Shown one piece after another: positions 26,811 to 37,441 of a stretch of 45,529 bases of DNA. Under the pieces are notes generated by a model that worked only from the letters and a program-made list of their open reading frames with translations, made no database searches and was not told where the DNA came from. The DNA comes from a bacterium (lineage in GTDB: Bacteria > Hydrothermota > Tepidihabitantia > Tepidihabitantales > Tepidihabitantaceae), in NCBI GenBank assembly GCA_046485285.1, contig JAWOHE010000045.1:1-45529 (forward strand), given 5' to 3'. Position 1 is the first letter of the stretch. Every line of letters begins with the position of its first letter. A program made the translations under genes and the position numbers.

Positions 26811-29800
26811 TCTCGGATCGCGACTTCTACGATTTCGATGCCCTGCGGCTGAAGATAGCCTCGCCTGAGGCGATCCGGGACTGGTCCAGCGGTGAGGTCG
26901 TCAAACCCGAGACTATCAACTACCGGACCCAGAAGCCCGAGCGCGATGGCCTTTTTTGCGAGCGTATCTTCGGCCCGGTCAAGGACTACGAGTGCAACTG
27001 CGGAAAGTACAAGAAGATCCGCTATAAGGGTATCCAGTGCGACCGGTGCGGGGTCGAGGTGACAACCTCAGCGGTCCGCCGGCAGCGAATGGGCCACATC
27101 GACCTCGTCGTCCCGGTCGCGCACACGCTGTTCTACCAGGTTCCGCCCTCCAAGGTCGGACTGATGCTGGCGCTGTCAATCAACCAGGTCGAGACGATCC
27201 TCAACTACGAGGCATATGTCGTCATCGAGCCAGGCGAGTCGTCGTACAAGCAGCTCGAGCTGCTGACCGAGGAGGAGTACAGGGCGAACCACGACCGTTT
27301 CGAGGGATTCCACGCGGCGGGCGGGGCGCCGGCGCTGAAGACACTGCTCAGCCGCATCGAGCTCGACGACCTCGCGGCGGAACTCAGGGCTCGCATCAAG
27401 CACGAGACATCGCGACGATTCGACCTCCTGCGCCGGCTCCGGGTCGTCGAGGCCTTCCGGACTTCCGGTGCCCGTCCGGAGTGGATGATCCTCGACGTCC
27501 TGCCGGTCATACCGCCGGACCTTCGACCGCTGGTGCCGCTCGAAGGCGGGCGCTACGCGACCTCGGACCTCAATGACCTCTACAAACGGGTCATTGTCCG
27601 TAACAACCGACTGAAGCACCTGATGTCGATCAAGACACCGGAGATCATTCTCAAGAACGAGAAGCGGATGCTGCAAGACGCGGTCGACACGCTGTTCTCG
27701 AACGAAACCCGTCCCCGGCCGGTGCGCGGGCGTGGCAACCGACCGCTCAAGTCGCTGTGCGAGGCGCTACGCGGCAAGCAGGGTCGATTCCGTCGCAACC
27801 TGCTCGGCAAGCGGGTAGATTACTCGGGCCGGTCGGTCATTGTTGTTAACCCCTCGCTGAAGCTCCACCAGTGCAGCCTGCCCAAGGAGATGGCGCTCGA
27901 GCTGTTCAAGCCGGTCATCCTGCGGCGGCTCGAGGAGCGCCGGCTGGCTGAGAGCGAGCGCGGCGCAAAATCGATGTACCGCAAGGAAGCGCCCGAGGTC
28001 TGGGAGGTGCTTGAGGAGGTGACCAGCGAGCACCCGGTGCTGCTGAACCGCGCTCCGACCCTGCACCGCGTCTCGGTCGAGTCATTCTTCCCGGTGCTGG
28101 CCGAGCAGCGGGCAATCGGCATCCACCCGCTGGTTTGTCCGCCGTTCAACGCCGACTTTGACGGCGATACAATGTCGGTCCACGTCCCACTGACGCCCGA
28201 GGCGATCCTCGAGTCGGCGGTACTGATGCTGTCTTCGCACAATATCCTCTCGCCCGCCCACGGCCGGCCGCTGATGATGCCGTCGCAGGACATCGTTGTT
28301 GGCGTCTACTATATGACCAAGGCTCGGCTGAGCCTGGGCAAGGCGGAGCGTCACTTCGAGGACTTCGCGACGGTTCACTCGGCATACGACCTCGGCGAAC
28401 TCGACCTCCACGCGCCGATCTTCTTCCGCTACGAGGGGACGACTTACGAGACCACTGTCGGCCGGGTGCTGTTCAACGAGGTCCTGCCCCACGAGCTCCG
28501 CTTTGTCAACGAGCTCTACGCCAAGAGCCAGCTCGCGGCGTTGGTCGACCGGGCGGCCCGCAAGCTCGGGCTTGACGTCACCGCCCGTCTTCTCGACGAC
28601 CTCAAGGACCTCGGCTTCGAGATGGCGACCCGGTCCGGGCTGAGCATTGGCATCGATGACGTGGTTGTGCCGCCTGAGAAGTGGGACATCCTTGACCGGA
28701 GCGAGAAGCAGCTCCGTAAGGTCAACCGGGCGTTCGAGCGCGGGCTGATGACCGACTCGGAGAAGTACAACCTCGTCGTCAACACCTGGACGCTGGCGAC
28801 GGCCGAGGTCGAGGAGGCGCTGTTCGAGCGCCTGCGCACTGATCAGGAGGGATTCAACCCGATCTACATGCTGATCGATTCGGGAGCGCGTGGCTCGCGT
28901 ACCCAGGCCGCCCAGATCGGCGGCATGCGCGGGCTGATGGCCAAGCCCCAGCGGCGATCAGTTGGTGAAGAAGTCATCGAGACCCCGATCAGGAGTTCGT
29001 TCCGCGACGGGCTGTCGGTATGGGAGTACTTCATCTCGACCCATGGTGCCCGCAAGGGTTTGACCGACACGGCGCTCAAGACCGCCGAGGCTGGTTACCT
29101 GACCCGGCGGCTTGTCGATGTCGCGCAGGATGTCGTGATAACGACAGAGGACTGCGGGACGATCCTTGGGCAGGAAGTGACTGCGCTGCGCGAGGGCGGC
29201 GAGGTGGTCGAGCCTCTTGGCGAGCGCATTGCCGGCCGCTTCACGGTTGATGACGTCGTCAACCCGGTGTCGGGCGAGGTCATTGTCGGCTCTGGCGAGG
29301 CGATCAGCGACGAGGCGTCCGAGGAGATCGAGAACTACGGGATCGAGGTGGTGCGGGTCCGCTCTGTGCTGACCTGCGAGGCTCCCTATGGCCTGTGTCA
29401 GAAGTGCTACGGCCGTAACCTCGCGACCGGCCGGCTGGTCGAGATCGGCGAGGCGGTCGGCGTCGTGGCGGCGCAGTCGATCGGCGAGCCGGGTACCCAG
29501 CTCACGCTCAAGACTTTCCACATCGGCGGCGTCGCCCAGCGTGCGGCCGAGCAGACTCGCGCGACCGCACGTTTCGAGGGGACGGTCAAGCACGAGCACC
29601 TCAAGGTCGCGGTACGAACCGACGGCGAGGCGGTCGCGCTCGACGCGGGCCGGTTCGTCCTGACCGCGCCCGACCGGGCGGTGCCGTTCAACGTACCGGC
29701 CGGCGCGATCATCCGGGTCACCGACGGCCAGAGGGTCGTGGACGGCGACGTGCTCTTCGAGTGGGAGCCCTACTCGATACCGATAATGGCCCGCGGGGCC

Positions 29801-30829
29801 GGCAAGGTTGCCTACAACGACATCGAGGTTGGAGTTACCCTGCGCGAGGACATCGACGAGCGTACCGAGCGGATGCAGCGGATCGTCACCGAGGACCGCA
29901 GCAAGAAGCGGCACCCGCGCATCGCGGTTGTCACCAAGGCGGGCAAGGAGGTCGACACCCACGCCCTGCCGGCCGGCGCCTACCTCGTCGCCGACGACAG
30001 GCAGGCAGTCGTCCCGGGCGACGTGCTGGCGCGACTACTCCGCGAGATGGGCCGCACCCGCGACATTACCGGCGGTCTGCCCAAGGTTGCCGAGCTATTC
30101 GAGGCCAAGCGGGTCAAGGACCCGGCCGTGGTATCCGCTATTGATGGCACGGTCGAGGTCGGCGAGCCGAAGGAAGGCACTCGGCTTGTCCAGGTGACCT
30201 CGGACGGGGGCTCGGCCAAGGAGTACGACATCCCGTACGGCAAGTACCTGCTGGTCGCGACCGGCGACGCGGTCCGCGCCGGTGACAAGTTGTGCGAGGG
30301 TTCGGTCGACCCGCACGATGTCCTGAAGGTCAAGGGCTGGCTGGCGGTCCAGGAGTTCCTGACCAACCAGATCCAGGCGGTCTACCGCCTGCAGAAGGTC
30401 AAGATCAACGACAAGCACATCTCGGTTATCGTCCGCCAGATGCTCCGGAAGGTCAAGGTCATCGACGCGGGCGACTCGAGCTTCATCGAGGGCGAGATCG
30501 TCGAGCGCCGCCGGTTGTACGATGAGAACCAGCGCCTAGCGATGGAGAACCTCAGGCCGGCCGGGTTCCAGCCGATCCTGCTCGGCATCACCCGCGCCGC
30601 GCTGTTGACCGAGAGCTTCCTGTCGGCGGCGTCGTTCCAGGAGACGACTCGGGTCCTGTCCGAGGCCGCCATCCAGGGAAGGTTAGACCGTCTGCGCGGC
30701 CTTAAAGAGAATGTCATCGTCGGGCGGCTCGTCCCGGCGGGCACCGGCTTCCGCGAGTTCAGCCGTCTCCGGCTGACGACTGAGGAACCGGTACCGGAAT
30801 CGTCAGAAGAGAACCAGGAGGCTTTATAG
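26807..30829 (+). CDS. rpoC: RNA polymerase beta' subunit
   Basis: Zn ribbon, NADFDGD, GARKG..DTALKTA and SAASFQETT motifs. Confidence 0.99.
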   Translation: MISDRDFYDFDALRLKIASPEAIRDWSSGEVVKPETINYRTQKPERDGLFCERIFGPVKDYECNCGKYKKIRYKGIQCDRCGVEVTTSAVRRQRMGHIDLVVPVAHTLFYQVPPSKVGLMLALSINQVETILNYEAYVVIEPGESSYKQLELLTEEEYRANHDRFEGFHAAGGAPALKTLLSRIELDDLAAELRARIKHETSRRFDLLRRLRVVEAFRTSGARPEWMILDVLPVIPPDLRPLVPLEGGRYATSDLNDLYKRVIVRNNRLKHLMSIKTPEIILKNEKRMLQDAVDTLFSNETRPRPVRGRGNRPLKSLCEALRGKQGRFRRNLLGKRVDYSGRSVIVVNPSLKLHQCSLPKEMALELFKPVILRRLEERRLAESERGAKSMYRKEAPEVWEVLEEVTSEHPVLLNRAPTLHRVSVESFFPVLAEQRAIGIHPLVCPPFNADFDGDTMSVHVPLTPEAILESAVLMLSSHNILSPAHGRPLMMPSQDIVVGVYYMTKARLSLGKAERHFEDFATVHSAYDLGELDLHAPIFFRYEGTTYETTVGRVLFNEVLPHELRFVNELYAKSQLAALVDRAARKLGLDVTARLLDDLKDLGFEMATRSGLSIGIDDVVVPPEKWDILDRSEKQLRKVNRAFERGLMTDSEKYNLVVNTWTLATAEVEEALFERLRTDQEGFNPIYMLIDSGARGSRTQAAQIGGMRGLMAKPQRRSVGEEVIETPIRSSFRDGLSVWEYFISTHGARKGLTDTALKTAEAGYLTRRLVDVAQDVVITTEDCGTILGQEVTALREGGEVVEPLGERIAGRFTVDDVVNPVSGEVIVGSGEAISDEASEEIENYGIEVVRVRSVLTCEAPYGLCQKCYGRNLATGRLVEIGEAVGVVAAQSIGEPGTQLTLKTFHIGGVAQRAAEQTRATARFEGTVKHEHLKVAVRTDGEAVALDAGRFVLTAPDRAVPFNVPAGAIIRVTDGQRVVDGDVLFEWEPYSIPIMARGAGKVAYNDIEVGVTLREDIDERTERMQRIVTEDRSKKRHPRIAVVTKAGKEVDTHALPAGAYLVADDRQAVVPGDVLARLLREMGRTRDITGGLPKVAELFEAKRVKDPAVVSAIDGTVEVGEPKEGTRLVQVTSDGGSAKEYDIPYGKYLLVATGDAVRAGDKLCEGSVDPHDVLKVKGWLAVQEFLTNQIQAVYRLQKVKINDKHISVIVRQMLRKVKVIDAGDSSFIEGEIVERRRLYDENQRLAMENLRPAGFQPILLGITRAALLTESFLSAASFQETTRVLSEAAIQGRLDRLRGLKENVIVGRLVPAGTGFREFSRLRLTTEEPVPESSEENQEAL

Positions 30830-30830
30830 T

Positions 30831-31211
30831 ATGCCGACAATAAACCAGCTCGTGCGCAGGCCGCGGAAGCAGGCGCCGACCAAGTCGAAGACGCCGGCAC
30901 TCAAAGGCAACCCACAGAAGCGGGGAGTCTGCACCCGGGTCTACACCGTGACGCCGAAGAAGCCGAACTCGGCCCTGCGCAAGGTCGCCAAGGTTAGACT
31001 GACCTCGGGCTACGAGGTGACCGCCTACATACCGGGCGAAGGTCACAACCTCCAGGAGCACTCGATGGTGCTTGTGCGGGGTGGCCGCGTCAAGGACCTG
31101 CCGGGCGTGCGCTACCACATTGTCCGAGGTGTCCTGGACACCGCCGGCGTCGACGGGCGGCGTCGCGGCCGCAGCCTGTATGGCGCGAAGCGGCCCAAAC
31201 CCGCGAAGTAG
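30831..31211 (+). CDS. rpsL: 30S ribosomal protein S12
   Basis: [20 protein letters not shown] and RVKDLPG motifs. Confidence 0.99.
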   Translation: MPTINQLVRRPRKQAPTKSKTPALKGNPQKRGVCTRVYTVTPKKPNSALRKVAKVRLTSGYEVTAYIPGEGHNLQEHSMVLVRGGRVKDLPGVRYHIVRGVLDTAGVDGRRRGRSLYGAKRPKPAK

Positions 31212-31220
31212 GGGACGGAG

Positions 31221-31691
31221 ATGGCCAGACGACGCAGGATTCAGCCGCGCGTACCGGCGCCCGACCCGCGCTACGGGTCGGTGTTCGTCGCCAAGTTCAT
31301 CAACAACCTGATGTGGGACGGCAAGCGGGGTACCGCCCAGCGAGTCTTCTATCAGGCGATGGACCTGATTCAGGAGAAGGCAAAGGAAGACGGCTATGCG
31401 GTGTTCCAGAAGGCGGTCGCCAACGTCAAGCCGGTGCTGGAGGTTCGCCCCCGGCGCGTCGGCGGCGCGACCTACCAGATACCGATGGAGGTCCGCCCGC
31501 GGCGGCGCGACGCGCTGGTGACGAAGTGGCTCATCACCGCGGCGCGCGCCCGAAGCGAGTACACGATGCCCGAGCGGCTGGGTAGTGAGCTCATCGACGC
31601 CAGCCGCAACCAGGGCACAGCCGTCAAGAAGAAGGAAGACACTCACAAGATGGCCGAGGCGAATCGCGCCTTTGCCCACTACCGCTGGTAG
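31221..31691 (+). CDS. rpsG: 30S ribosomal protein S7
   Basis: RRVGGATYQ and [15 protein letters not shown] motifs. Confidence 0.99.
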   Translation: MARRRRIQPRVPAPDPRYGSVFVAKFINNLMWDGKRGTAQRVFYQAMDLIQEKAKEDGYAVFQKAVANVKPVLEVRPRRVGGATYQIPMEVRPRRRDALVTKWLITAARARSEYTMPERLGSELIDASRNQGTAVKKKEDTHKMAEANRAFAHYRW

Positions 31692-31715
31692 CTCCGAACA
31701 GCCAACTGGTTCATC

Positions 31716-31739
31716 CCGGCCGCCCCGCGGGGCGGCCGG
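31716..31739. terminator. GC-only perfect palindrome after rpsG (hairpin without U tract)
   Basis: CCGGCCGCCCCGCGGGGCGGCCGG is its own reverse complement; it lies between convergent rpsG and pgeF. Confidence 0.4.
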
Positions 31740-31902
31740 TGGCATCCCAGGGCATGTCGAGCACCGGCTGGCCCATCCGGGTGTCCGGCCCGGAACGAAG
31801 GCAACCCGGCACCGCAGCGACAGGACGCAGCAGCCACTCGCGCTGCACTCGTGACACGGGTTCCGATCAGTCTGTTGGCGGCCCACCACCGCCTGGAGGT
31901 GG

Positions 31903-32679
31903 CTAGCCAGTGATGGCGATGACCGCGAGGTTGCGGCCAGTCGTAACGTCGCGGCGGGCGGAGTAGCATTCAGTCGGGGTCTCGCTGGTGCATAGTTCAA
32001 GGCCGGGCGCTTCCCGTAGCCCGAGCGCGGCCAGCTGGTGGCGAGCCGCGGCACGCAAGTTAAGCAGGAAGCGGCCGGGCCGGGCACCAACCGCTACGAC
32101 GCCGACCGGAGCGAAGCGCTCGGCGACCTCCGGGCCGACTTCGTAGCAGCGGGAGCAGATGCAGGGTCCGAGCGCGAACCGCAGCCTGCGAGTACCTACC
32201 CCGACACGGGCCGCAAGCGCACGGGCGAGCACGAGTGCGATTCCGGAGGCGGAGCCGCGCCACCCGCTGTGGGCAAGTCCGACGCCGCGTCCACCAGCAT
32301 CCCAAAGGTAGACCGGCAGGCAATCAGCGACCTTGACCCCGAGCCCGACGCCGGGCACGGTCGTGAGCAGAGCATCGCCCTCGACCGCGTCGGCGACGAA
32401 CTCGCGGTCGGCAACCTCGACGATGGTGTCGGAGTGGATCTGGCGCAGGGTTACGAGCGTCTTGAGGCCGAGCGCGACGCGGATGGCGGTGGTGTTCGCG
32501 GCGACAGCGGCGGCGGAGTCGCCAGCAGAGGTCGAGACATTGAGAGAGTCGAAGGGAGCTCGAGAGACGCCGCCGAGTCGGGTTGCGAAGGCGAGCTGCA
32601 AACACGGGGCCGGGTCGAGTCGATAGCACCGGACGCCACGGTCCATGTCCAGCCGCCAGCCGGCCACGGGCGTGGTCAT
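31903..32679 (-). CDS. pgeF: YfiH/PgeF family (polyphenol-oxidase-like) protein
   Basis: TRLGGVS..PF.SLN, QIHSD, ADCLP, AHSGWRG, GPCI..CYEVG and YSARR motifs. Confidence 0.92.
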   Translation of the reverse strand: MTTPVAGWRLDMDRGVRCYRLDPAPCLQLAFATRLGGVSRAPFDSLNVSTSAGDSAAAVAANTTAIRVALGLKTLVTLRQIHSDTIVEVADREFVADAVEGDALLTTVPGVGLGVKVADCLPVYLWDAGGRGVGLAHSGWRGSASGIALVLARALAARVGVGTRRLRFALGPCICSRCYEVGPEVAERFAPVGVVAVGARPGRFLLNLRAAARHQLAALGLREAPGLELCTSETPTECYSARRDVTTGRNLAVIAITG

Positions 32680-32682
32680 CGC

Positions 32683-34416
32683 TCAGCCGACCTGGCCGGC
32701 GGCCGGGTCGTGAGTGCGTAGGTCCCGGACGATGATGCCAGCTTCGTAGCCGGGCGTCGGCCTGCGGTCAATCGAGAAGCAGATGTCGAGCGATGCGGGG
32801 CGGCCGGGTTCGAGGCCGGGCAGGTCGGCGCTGCGGCCCCACGCGATGGCCGGCACGGTCCGGCCGCCGGAGCGGACCTGGAACTTGAGATGGTCGTTGC
32901 CGACCCGCCGGGGCAGGCCGACGACCTCGAGGCCGATGCCGGCGAAGAGCGGCTGGCGGTTACCCGCGCCGAACGGCTCGAGCCGGCGGATGAACTCGAG
33001 GAACTCCGGGCCGAGCTCGTCGGGCGGCACGAGCGCATCAATGTCGAGCCCGGGAATGAAGAGCTCGTCGGCCAGCCCCGCGGCCCAGGCGTTGACTGCC
33101 TTCGAGAACTCCGAGACGCAGTCGGCAGCGAGTGAGAGCCCGCCGGCCTGACGGTGGCCGCCGAACCCGGCCAGGCAGTCGGCGCAGGCGGCGAGCGCCG
33201 AGTAGAGGTCGAAGCCGGGGATAGAGCGGCCCGAGCCCCTGCCACGACCGTCGTGCAGGCCGATGACGAACGCCGGACGGTAGTAGCGTTCCGCGAGCCG
33301 GGATGCGACGAGACCGAGGACGCCGGCCGGCCAGCCGTCACCGGCCGCGACCAGCACGCGGCGACCGTCAACTCCGTCCGCCTCAACCCGGGTTATTGCG
33401 GCATCGAGGACAACCTTTTCGAGCCGGCGGCGCTCGCGGTTGTTGTCCTCGAGCCGGTCGGCGAACCGGGCAGCCTCGGCGGGGTCGTCGGTCAGCAGCA
33501 ACCGGGCGCCAGTCCGCGCGTGGTCGACCCGACCAGCGGCGTTGAGCCGGGGCGCGAGCACGAAGCCAACGTCGTAGTCGGTGAGCGGGCGGCCGGCGAT
33601 GCCGGCGCGGTCGAGCAGGGCGCGGATCCCGGGCCGCCGGGCTTCGCGCAGGGCGATGAGCCCGAGCCGAGCGAGAACCCGATTCTCGTCGAGGAGGGGG
33701 ACGACGTCGGCGATCGTGCCAAGCCCGACGAGGTCAAGAAGGTCGCTCAGCTCGGCCCGCTCGCGGCCGAGCGCGGAGAGGACACTCCAGGCGAGCTTGA
33801 ACGCCACGCCGACGCCGGCGAGCTCGCGGAACGGGTAGGCGGAGTCGGGCCGTTTGGGATTGACGACCGCCAGCGCCTCGGGTAGTTCAGGCGGTACTTC
33901 GTGGTGGTCGGTGATGACAACGTCGATACCCGCTGCGCGGGCGGCGCGGACGACCTCGTGGTCGGTCGAGCCGCAGTCAACCGTGATGAGCAGGGTCGCG
34001 CCGAGTTCCCGGCAGTAGGCAACCGCGTTGGCGGCAAGGCCGTAGCCCTCGGCCTCGCGGTGGGGCAGGTAGTACTGGACGCGGCCGCCGATCCGTTCGA
34101 GGCAGGTGACGAGCAGGACGGTGGCGCTGATTCCGTCAACATCATAGTCACCGTGGACGCAGATGGTTTCGCCTTGCTCGACAGCAGCGATGACCCGCCC
34201 GGTCGCCGCGACGATATCGGGCAGGGAATCGGGTCGGTGGAGCTGCGCGGAAGTCGGGTCGAGGAATGCCGCTGCCATTCCCGGCTCGACGAAGCCCCGG
34301 GCGCAGAGCAGGCGGGCAGCGGTCAGCGGCAGACCGAGCGCGCGCGCGAGCCCGTCTGCCTCGGGCGGTGGCGGACCGGGCAGGTTCCAGCGGCGGGCGG
34401 GAAGTATGGCGGGCAC
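32683..34416 (-). CDS. recJ: ssDNA exonuclease RecJ
   Basis: GDYDVDG, TVDCG, TDHH, GTIADVV, PRLNAAGR and GGH motifs. GTG start chosen after a putative promoter; the upstream part of the 1137-aa track ORF is a shadow frame. Confidence 0.93.
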   Translation of the reverse strand: MPAILPARRWNLPGPPPPEADGLARALGLPLTAARLLCARGFVEPGMAAAFLDPTSAQLHRPDSLPDIVAATGRVIAAVEQGETICVHGDYDVDGISATVLLVTCLERIGGRVQYYLPHREAEGYGLAANAVAYCRELGATLLITVDCGSTDHEVVRAARAAGIDVVITDHHEVPPELPEALAVVNPKRPDSAYPFRELAGVGVAFKLAWSVLSALGRERAELSDLLDLVGLGTIADVVPLLDENRVLARLGLIALREARRPGIRALLDRAGIAGRPLTDYDVGFVLAPRLNAAGRVDHARTGARLLLTDDPAEAARFADRLEDNNRERRRLEKVVLDAAITRVEADGVDGRRVLVAAGDGWPAGVLGLVASRLAERYYRPAFVIGLHDGRGRGSGRSIPGFDLYSALAACADCLAGFGGHRQAGGLSLAADCVSEFSKAVNAWAAGLADELFIPGLDIDALVPPDELGPEFLEFIRRLEPFGAGNRQPLFAGIGLEVVGLPRRVGNDHLKFQVRSGGRTVPAIAWGRSADLPGLEPGRPASLDICFSIDRRPTPGYEAGIIVRDLRTHDPAAGQVG

Positions 34417-34447
34417 GCGGGAGATTCTCGCCGAAGATGGCGCCGGG

Positions 34448-36280
34448 TCAAGGCGCGGGCCGGCGGCGGTCGAGTCTCTCAAGGACGGAGCGGGCCTCGG
34501 AATGATGCGGGTCCAGTTCGAGCGCACGGGCGAGCGCGGCGCGGGCGCTCTCGAGCGAGTCGAGCGAGACCTGGACAAGGCCGAGCAGGTACCAGGTCTC
34601 CGCGCCGTCCGGGTCGGCGGCAAGTGCGGCGCGGTAATCGCCGGCCGCGGCCGGGAAATCGCGGCGGCTGATGGCGAGCCGGGCGGCGGCGAGGTGGAGG
34701 AGCGCGCGGGAGCCGGCGTCACCGACGGCGTGGCGGACGAGTTCGCGGTACTCGACTTCAGCCTCGGCAACGCGGCCCGAACCGGCGAGCAGGACGATGA
34801 GGCTGTAGCGGGCAGATGGGTTGGCCGGGTTGGCCTTGAGCGCGCGGCGAAAGTCGGCGAGCGCGAGCGCGGCCTCCCGGCGGGCGAGCCGGATGTTGCC
34901 CTGCTGGGTCCAGGCCTGCGAGGAGTAGGTCGAGCGGTTGGCCGGGATGAGAAGCGTGCCGACGAAGAGTGCGGCGGCTGCGCCGAGTCCGACCGCGAGT
35001 CGACCAAGACGCCGTTCGCGGGCGAGCCTGGCGAGCCGGGCGGCGGCGAGCCCGGCGAAAGCGAGCAGGAACGGCAGGACCGGTGCACGCAGGCGGGACA
35101 TGACGTAGAACGCGAGAGCAGAGGCGAGGTGGGCGGCGACGAAGGCATAGGCGGGCCAGGCCTGGCGGCGGAGCGGCCAGGCGAAGACCATCCCGACCAG
35201 CCCGAGCGCGGCAACGAGGCCGAAGCCGACGAACGCGAGGCGCAGGACGAACGAGGTGGTGCGGGCGGTCTCTGGGTAGTAGTTGCTCGGCACCTCGTGG
35301 TCGGACCAGAAGAGCAGGGACTTGCGGCCGACGAGCCGCAGCGCATGCAGGGGGTCGGCCGCAAGCCAGCCGAGGCCGCGGCGAAGCCAGTGGTTCGACG
35401 CGCGCGACCAACTGACCTCGCGGCCGCCGATGACGCGGGCGGTGCGTTTGAGCCGGTCGTGTGAGAATCCGGCGGCCGGGTCGAGGTCGGGCGCGGGCTG
35501 CCAGGTGCCGTCGGCGGCCGGGTTGTTGCCGTAGTAGAAGTTGATGCCGGCGTGGGCGGTGAAGAGCACCAGGTCGCGGCTGACCGCGAAGTTGCGGACC
35601 GGGACCGTGGCGACGACCGCGAGCGCCAGCAGTGTGAAGAGCGTGAGTGACCGTGTCCTGATGCCCGCTCGCGCGAGGGGAAAGAGCGTGACCGGCAGGA
35701 GGAGCAGGAACTCGGGCCGGCTGATGACGAGCAACCCGAAGGCCGCGCCGGCCAGGAGCCAGCGCCACCACCGGTCCGGCCCGGCGACGACGAGCCAGGC
35801 GACGAGCAGGCTGAGGAAGACCGTGACTTCGACATAAAGCAGGGTGCCGGTGTAGAAAACGAGCACGCCCGTGAGTGCGAAGCCAGACGAGGCGACCAGC
35901 CCGGCCGGCTGGCCGAAAAGCCGGCGGGCAAAGGCATAGAGCAGGAGGCAAGAGCCGGCTCCGAGCAGGGCCTGGAAGAGCTGTACCGCGAGGAGCGACG
36001 GTCCGAACAGGGCGTAGGCTGCGGCGAGCAGGTAGGGGTAGAGCGGCCTGAGGAAGAAGACTTCGGTGCCGATGAAGCTCCGGTTGACGATGTCAAGGGC
36101 CTGGAGATGGTAGTACCAGGCGTCGACCATCTGCGGGCTCACGGTCGAGAACGGGGTTCCGCGCATCTCGAGGACGAACCAGACGCGCAGGAACAGGGTC
36201 AGCGTGACGGCGGCCGCGGGCGGGAGCCAGGCCCGGGGTCCGGGCCGGTCGGGGGAGGGCTTGCGCCGCGGTCGGGCCAT
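34448..36280 (-). CDS. GT-C (GT39/ArnT-like) membrane glycosyltransferase with C-terminal TPRs
   Basis: D..YY loop, PLYPYLLA, many TMs, GINFYYGNNP, TPR repeats. Start set at the ATG after the promoter. Confidence 0.85.
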   Translation of the reverse strand: MARPRRKPSPDRPGPRAWLPPAAAVTLTLFLRVWFVLEMRGTPFSTVSPQMVDAWYYHLQALDIVNRSFIGTEVFFLRPLYPYLLAAAYALFGPSLLAVQLFQALLGAGSCLLLYAFARRLFGQPAGLVASSGFALTGVLVFYTGTLLYVEVTVFLSLLVAWLVVAGPDRWWRWLLAGAAFGLLVISRPEFLLLLPVTLFPLARAGIRTRSLTLFTLLALAVVATVPVRNFAVSRDLVLFTAHAGINFYYGNNPAADGTWQPAPDLDPAAGFSHDRLKRTARVIGGREVSWSRASNHWLRRGLGWLAADPLHALRLVGRKSLLFWSDHEVPSNYYPETARTTSFVLRLAFVGFGLVAALGLVGMVFAWPLRRQAWPAYAFVAAHLASALAFYVMSRLRAPVLPFLLAFAGLAAARLARLARERRLGRLAVGLGAAAALFVGTLLIPANRSTYSSQAWTQQGNIRLARREAALALADFRRALKANPANPSARYSLIVLLAGSGRVAEAEVEYRELVRHAVGDAGSRALLHLAAARLAISRRDFPAAAGDYRAALAADPDGAETWYLLGLVQVSLDSLESARAALARALELDPHHSEARSVLERLDRRRPAP

Positions 36281-36289
36281 CGCTGCGGC

Positions 36290-36318
36290 AGTATAGGGGC
36301 GCGTCGGGCAGGGGTCAA
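36290..36318 (-). promoter_or_regulatory. sigma70 promoter, near-leaderless
   Basis: TTGACC, 17 nt, TATACT; ATG 9 nt downstream with no SD. Confidence 0.65.
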
Positions 36319-36343
36319 GACCGGCCGGGGCCAACCGGGCCGT

Positions 36344-37441
36344 TCAGAGGATACCCGCGGCCGCGACGCCGGCGACCAGTTCGAGCAGGGTCAGGACGAC
36401 GATAGTCGCGCCGATGACGAGCTTGGAGTAATCCTGGCCCTTGATCGCGCCCATCAGCAGGGGCTCGCGCGATATGTAGGCCGAGGCGGCGTAGAGCTCC
36501 TCGCCGATGAGCGTGTAGTCACAGGCGGTGATGAAGAACGGGAGCTGGGCGAGTGCGTCGGTGCCGGCTATCTGGATCGCGCCGGTCGAGGCGCCGGTCT
36601 CGGCGATGATGAGCGACTCCGCCCAGAACATCCCCATCAGGAAGTTGGTCGCCGGCTTCTCGCGGACCATTATCCCGTCAACGCCGGCGGCGTAGGCGAA
36701 CTGCTCGTTTGTCAGGAAGTAGACCGAGCCGGGGTCGAAGGCGTCGGGCCGGCCGGCCGAGGCATACGACTCCTTGACCATCTCGCGGGCGACGGTGTAG
36801 ACAATCGGGTCGGCGGTCGGCACCATCAGCGGCGTGCCGAACTTGGCGGTCTTCTTGGCGACTTCACCGAGGATGTTGAGCGCGGCGATGGTCGCGACGT
36901 CGTCGACGGTCGAGAGGCCCGGGACGTAGAGAATCGGCCGGCCCATCTCGGTCGCGCGGCCGAGCGCCTCCTCGACCGCGTCAAGACCGGCGATGCGGCG
37001 GATGAACATTGGCCGCCCGCGGCGGGCCTGGGCAGTGAAGAAGAGGATGAGGAATGAGAAGATGACCGTGCCGAGCAGGGCGGCGAGCGTCGAGGGGTCA
37101 AACCACTGGGGCGAGCTTTGCGTCCAACCGGTCGGCCCGGTCTCGGCCTCGCCATTGTCGTAGACCGCATGCAGGCGGTAGCGGTAGCGGACGCCGTCCT
37201 CGACCTCGTCGCGGTAGCGGCGAATGAGCGGCCCGGCGAAGCCGACTCGCCGCCAGGTGTCGCCCTCGGCTTCGCGCCAGACCTCGTAGCCGGTGAAGTC
37301 GGCCGCGGCGGGTGGTTCCCAGGTCAGGACGATGACGCCACCGCCGTCGCCGGGCCGGTCCGCGGCAGCGAGGTTGCCCGGCGCGGGCAGGGCTTCGACG
37401 GCAGGCGGCTGGGCGAGCAGGAGGATGAGGAGGAGAATCAT
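36344..37441 (-). CDS. Fibronectin-III-like domain plus conserved membrane domain (DUF6754-like)
   Basis: APGNL.A.D.P.D.GG...LTW FN3-like region; IRRIAGL.A.EEA.GRATEMG.P and LIGEELYAASAY motifs; ATGA overlap with purF. Confidence 0.75.
   Translation of the reverse strand: MILLLILLLAQPPAVEALPAPGNLAAADRPGDGGGVIVLTWEPPAAADFTGYEVWREAEGDTWRRVGFAGPLIRRYRDEVEDGVRYRYRLHAVYDNGEAETGPTGWTQSSPQWFDPSTLAALLGTVIFSFLILFFTAQARRGRPMFIRRIAGLDAVEEALGRATEMGRPILYVPGLSTVDDVATIAALNILGEVAKKTAKFGTPLMVPTADPIVYTVAREMVKESYASAGRPDAFDPGSVYFLTNEQFAYAAGVDGIMVREKPATNFLMGMFWAESLIIAETGASTGAIQIAGTDALAQLPFFITACDYTLIGEELYAASAYISREPLLMGAIKGQDYSKLVIGATIVVLTLLELVAGVAAAGIL

Noticed and set aside
30831-31211. Streptomycin-resistance allele in rpsL
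   Set aside because: Both key lysines (TPKKPNS and RVKDLPG) are wild type.
34417-36096. 1137-aa ORF suggesting a giant RecJ fusion
   Set aside because: The N-terminal ~560 aa are an S/P/R-rich alternative frame of the GT-C/TPR gene; RecJ homology starts near 34416.
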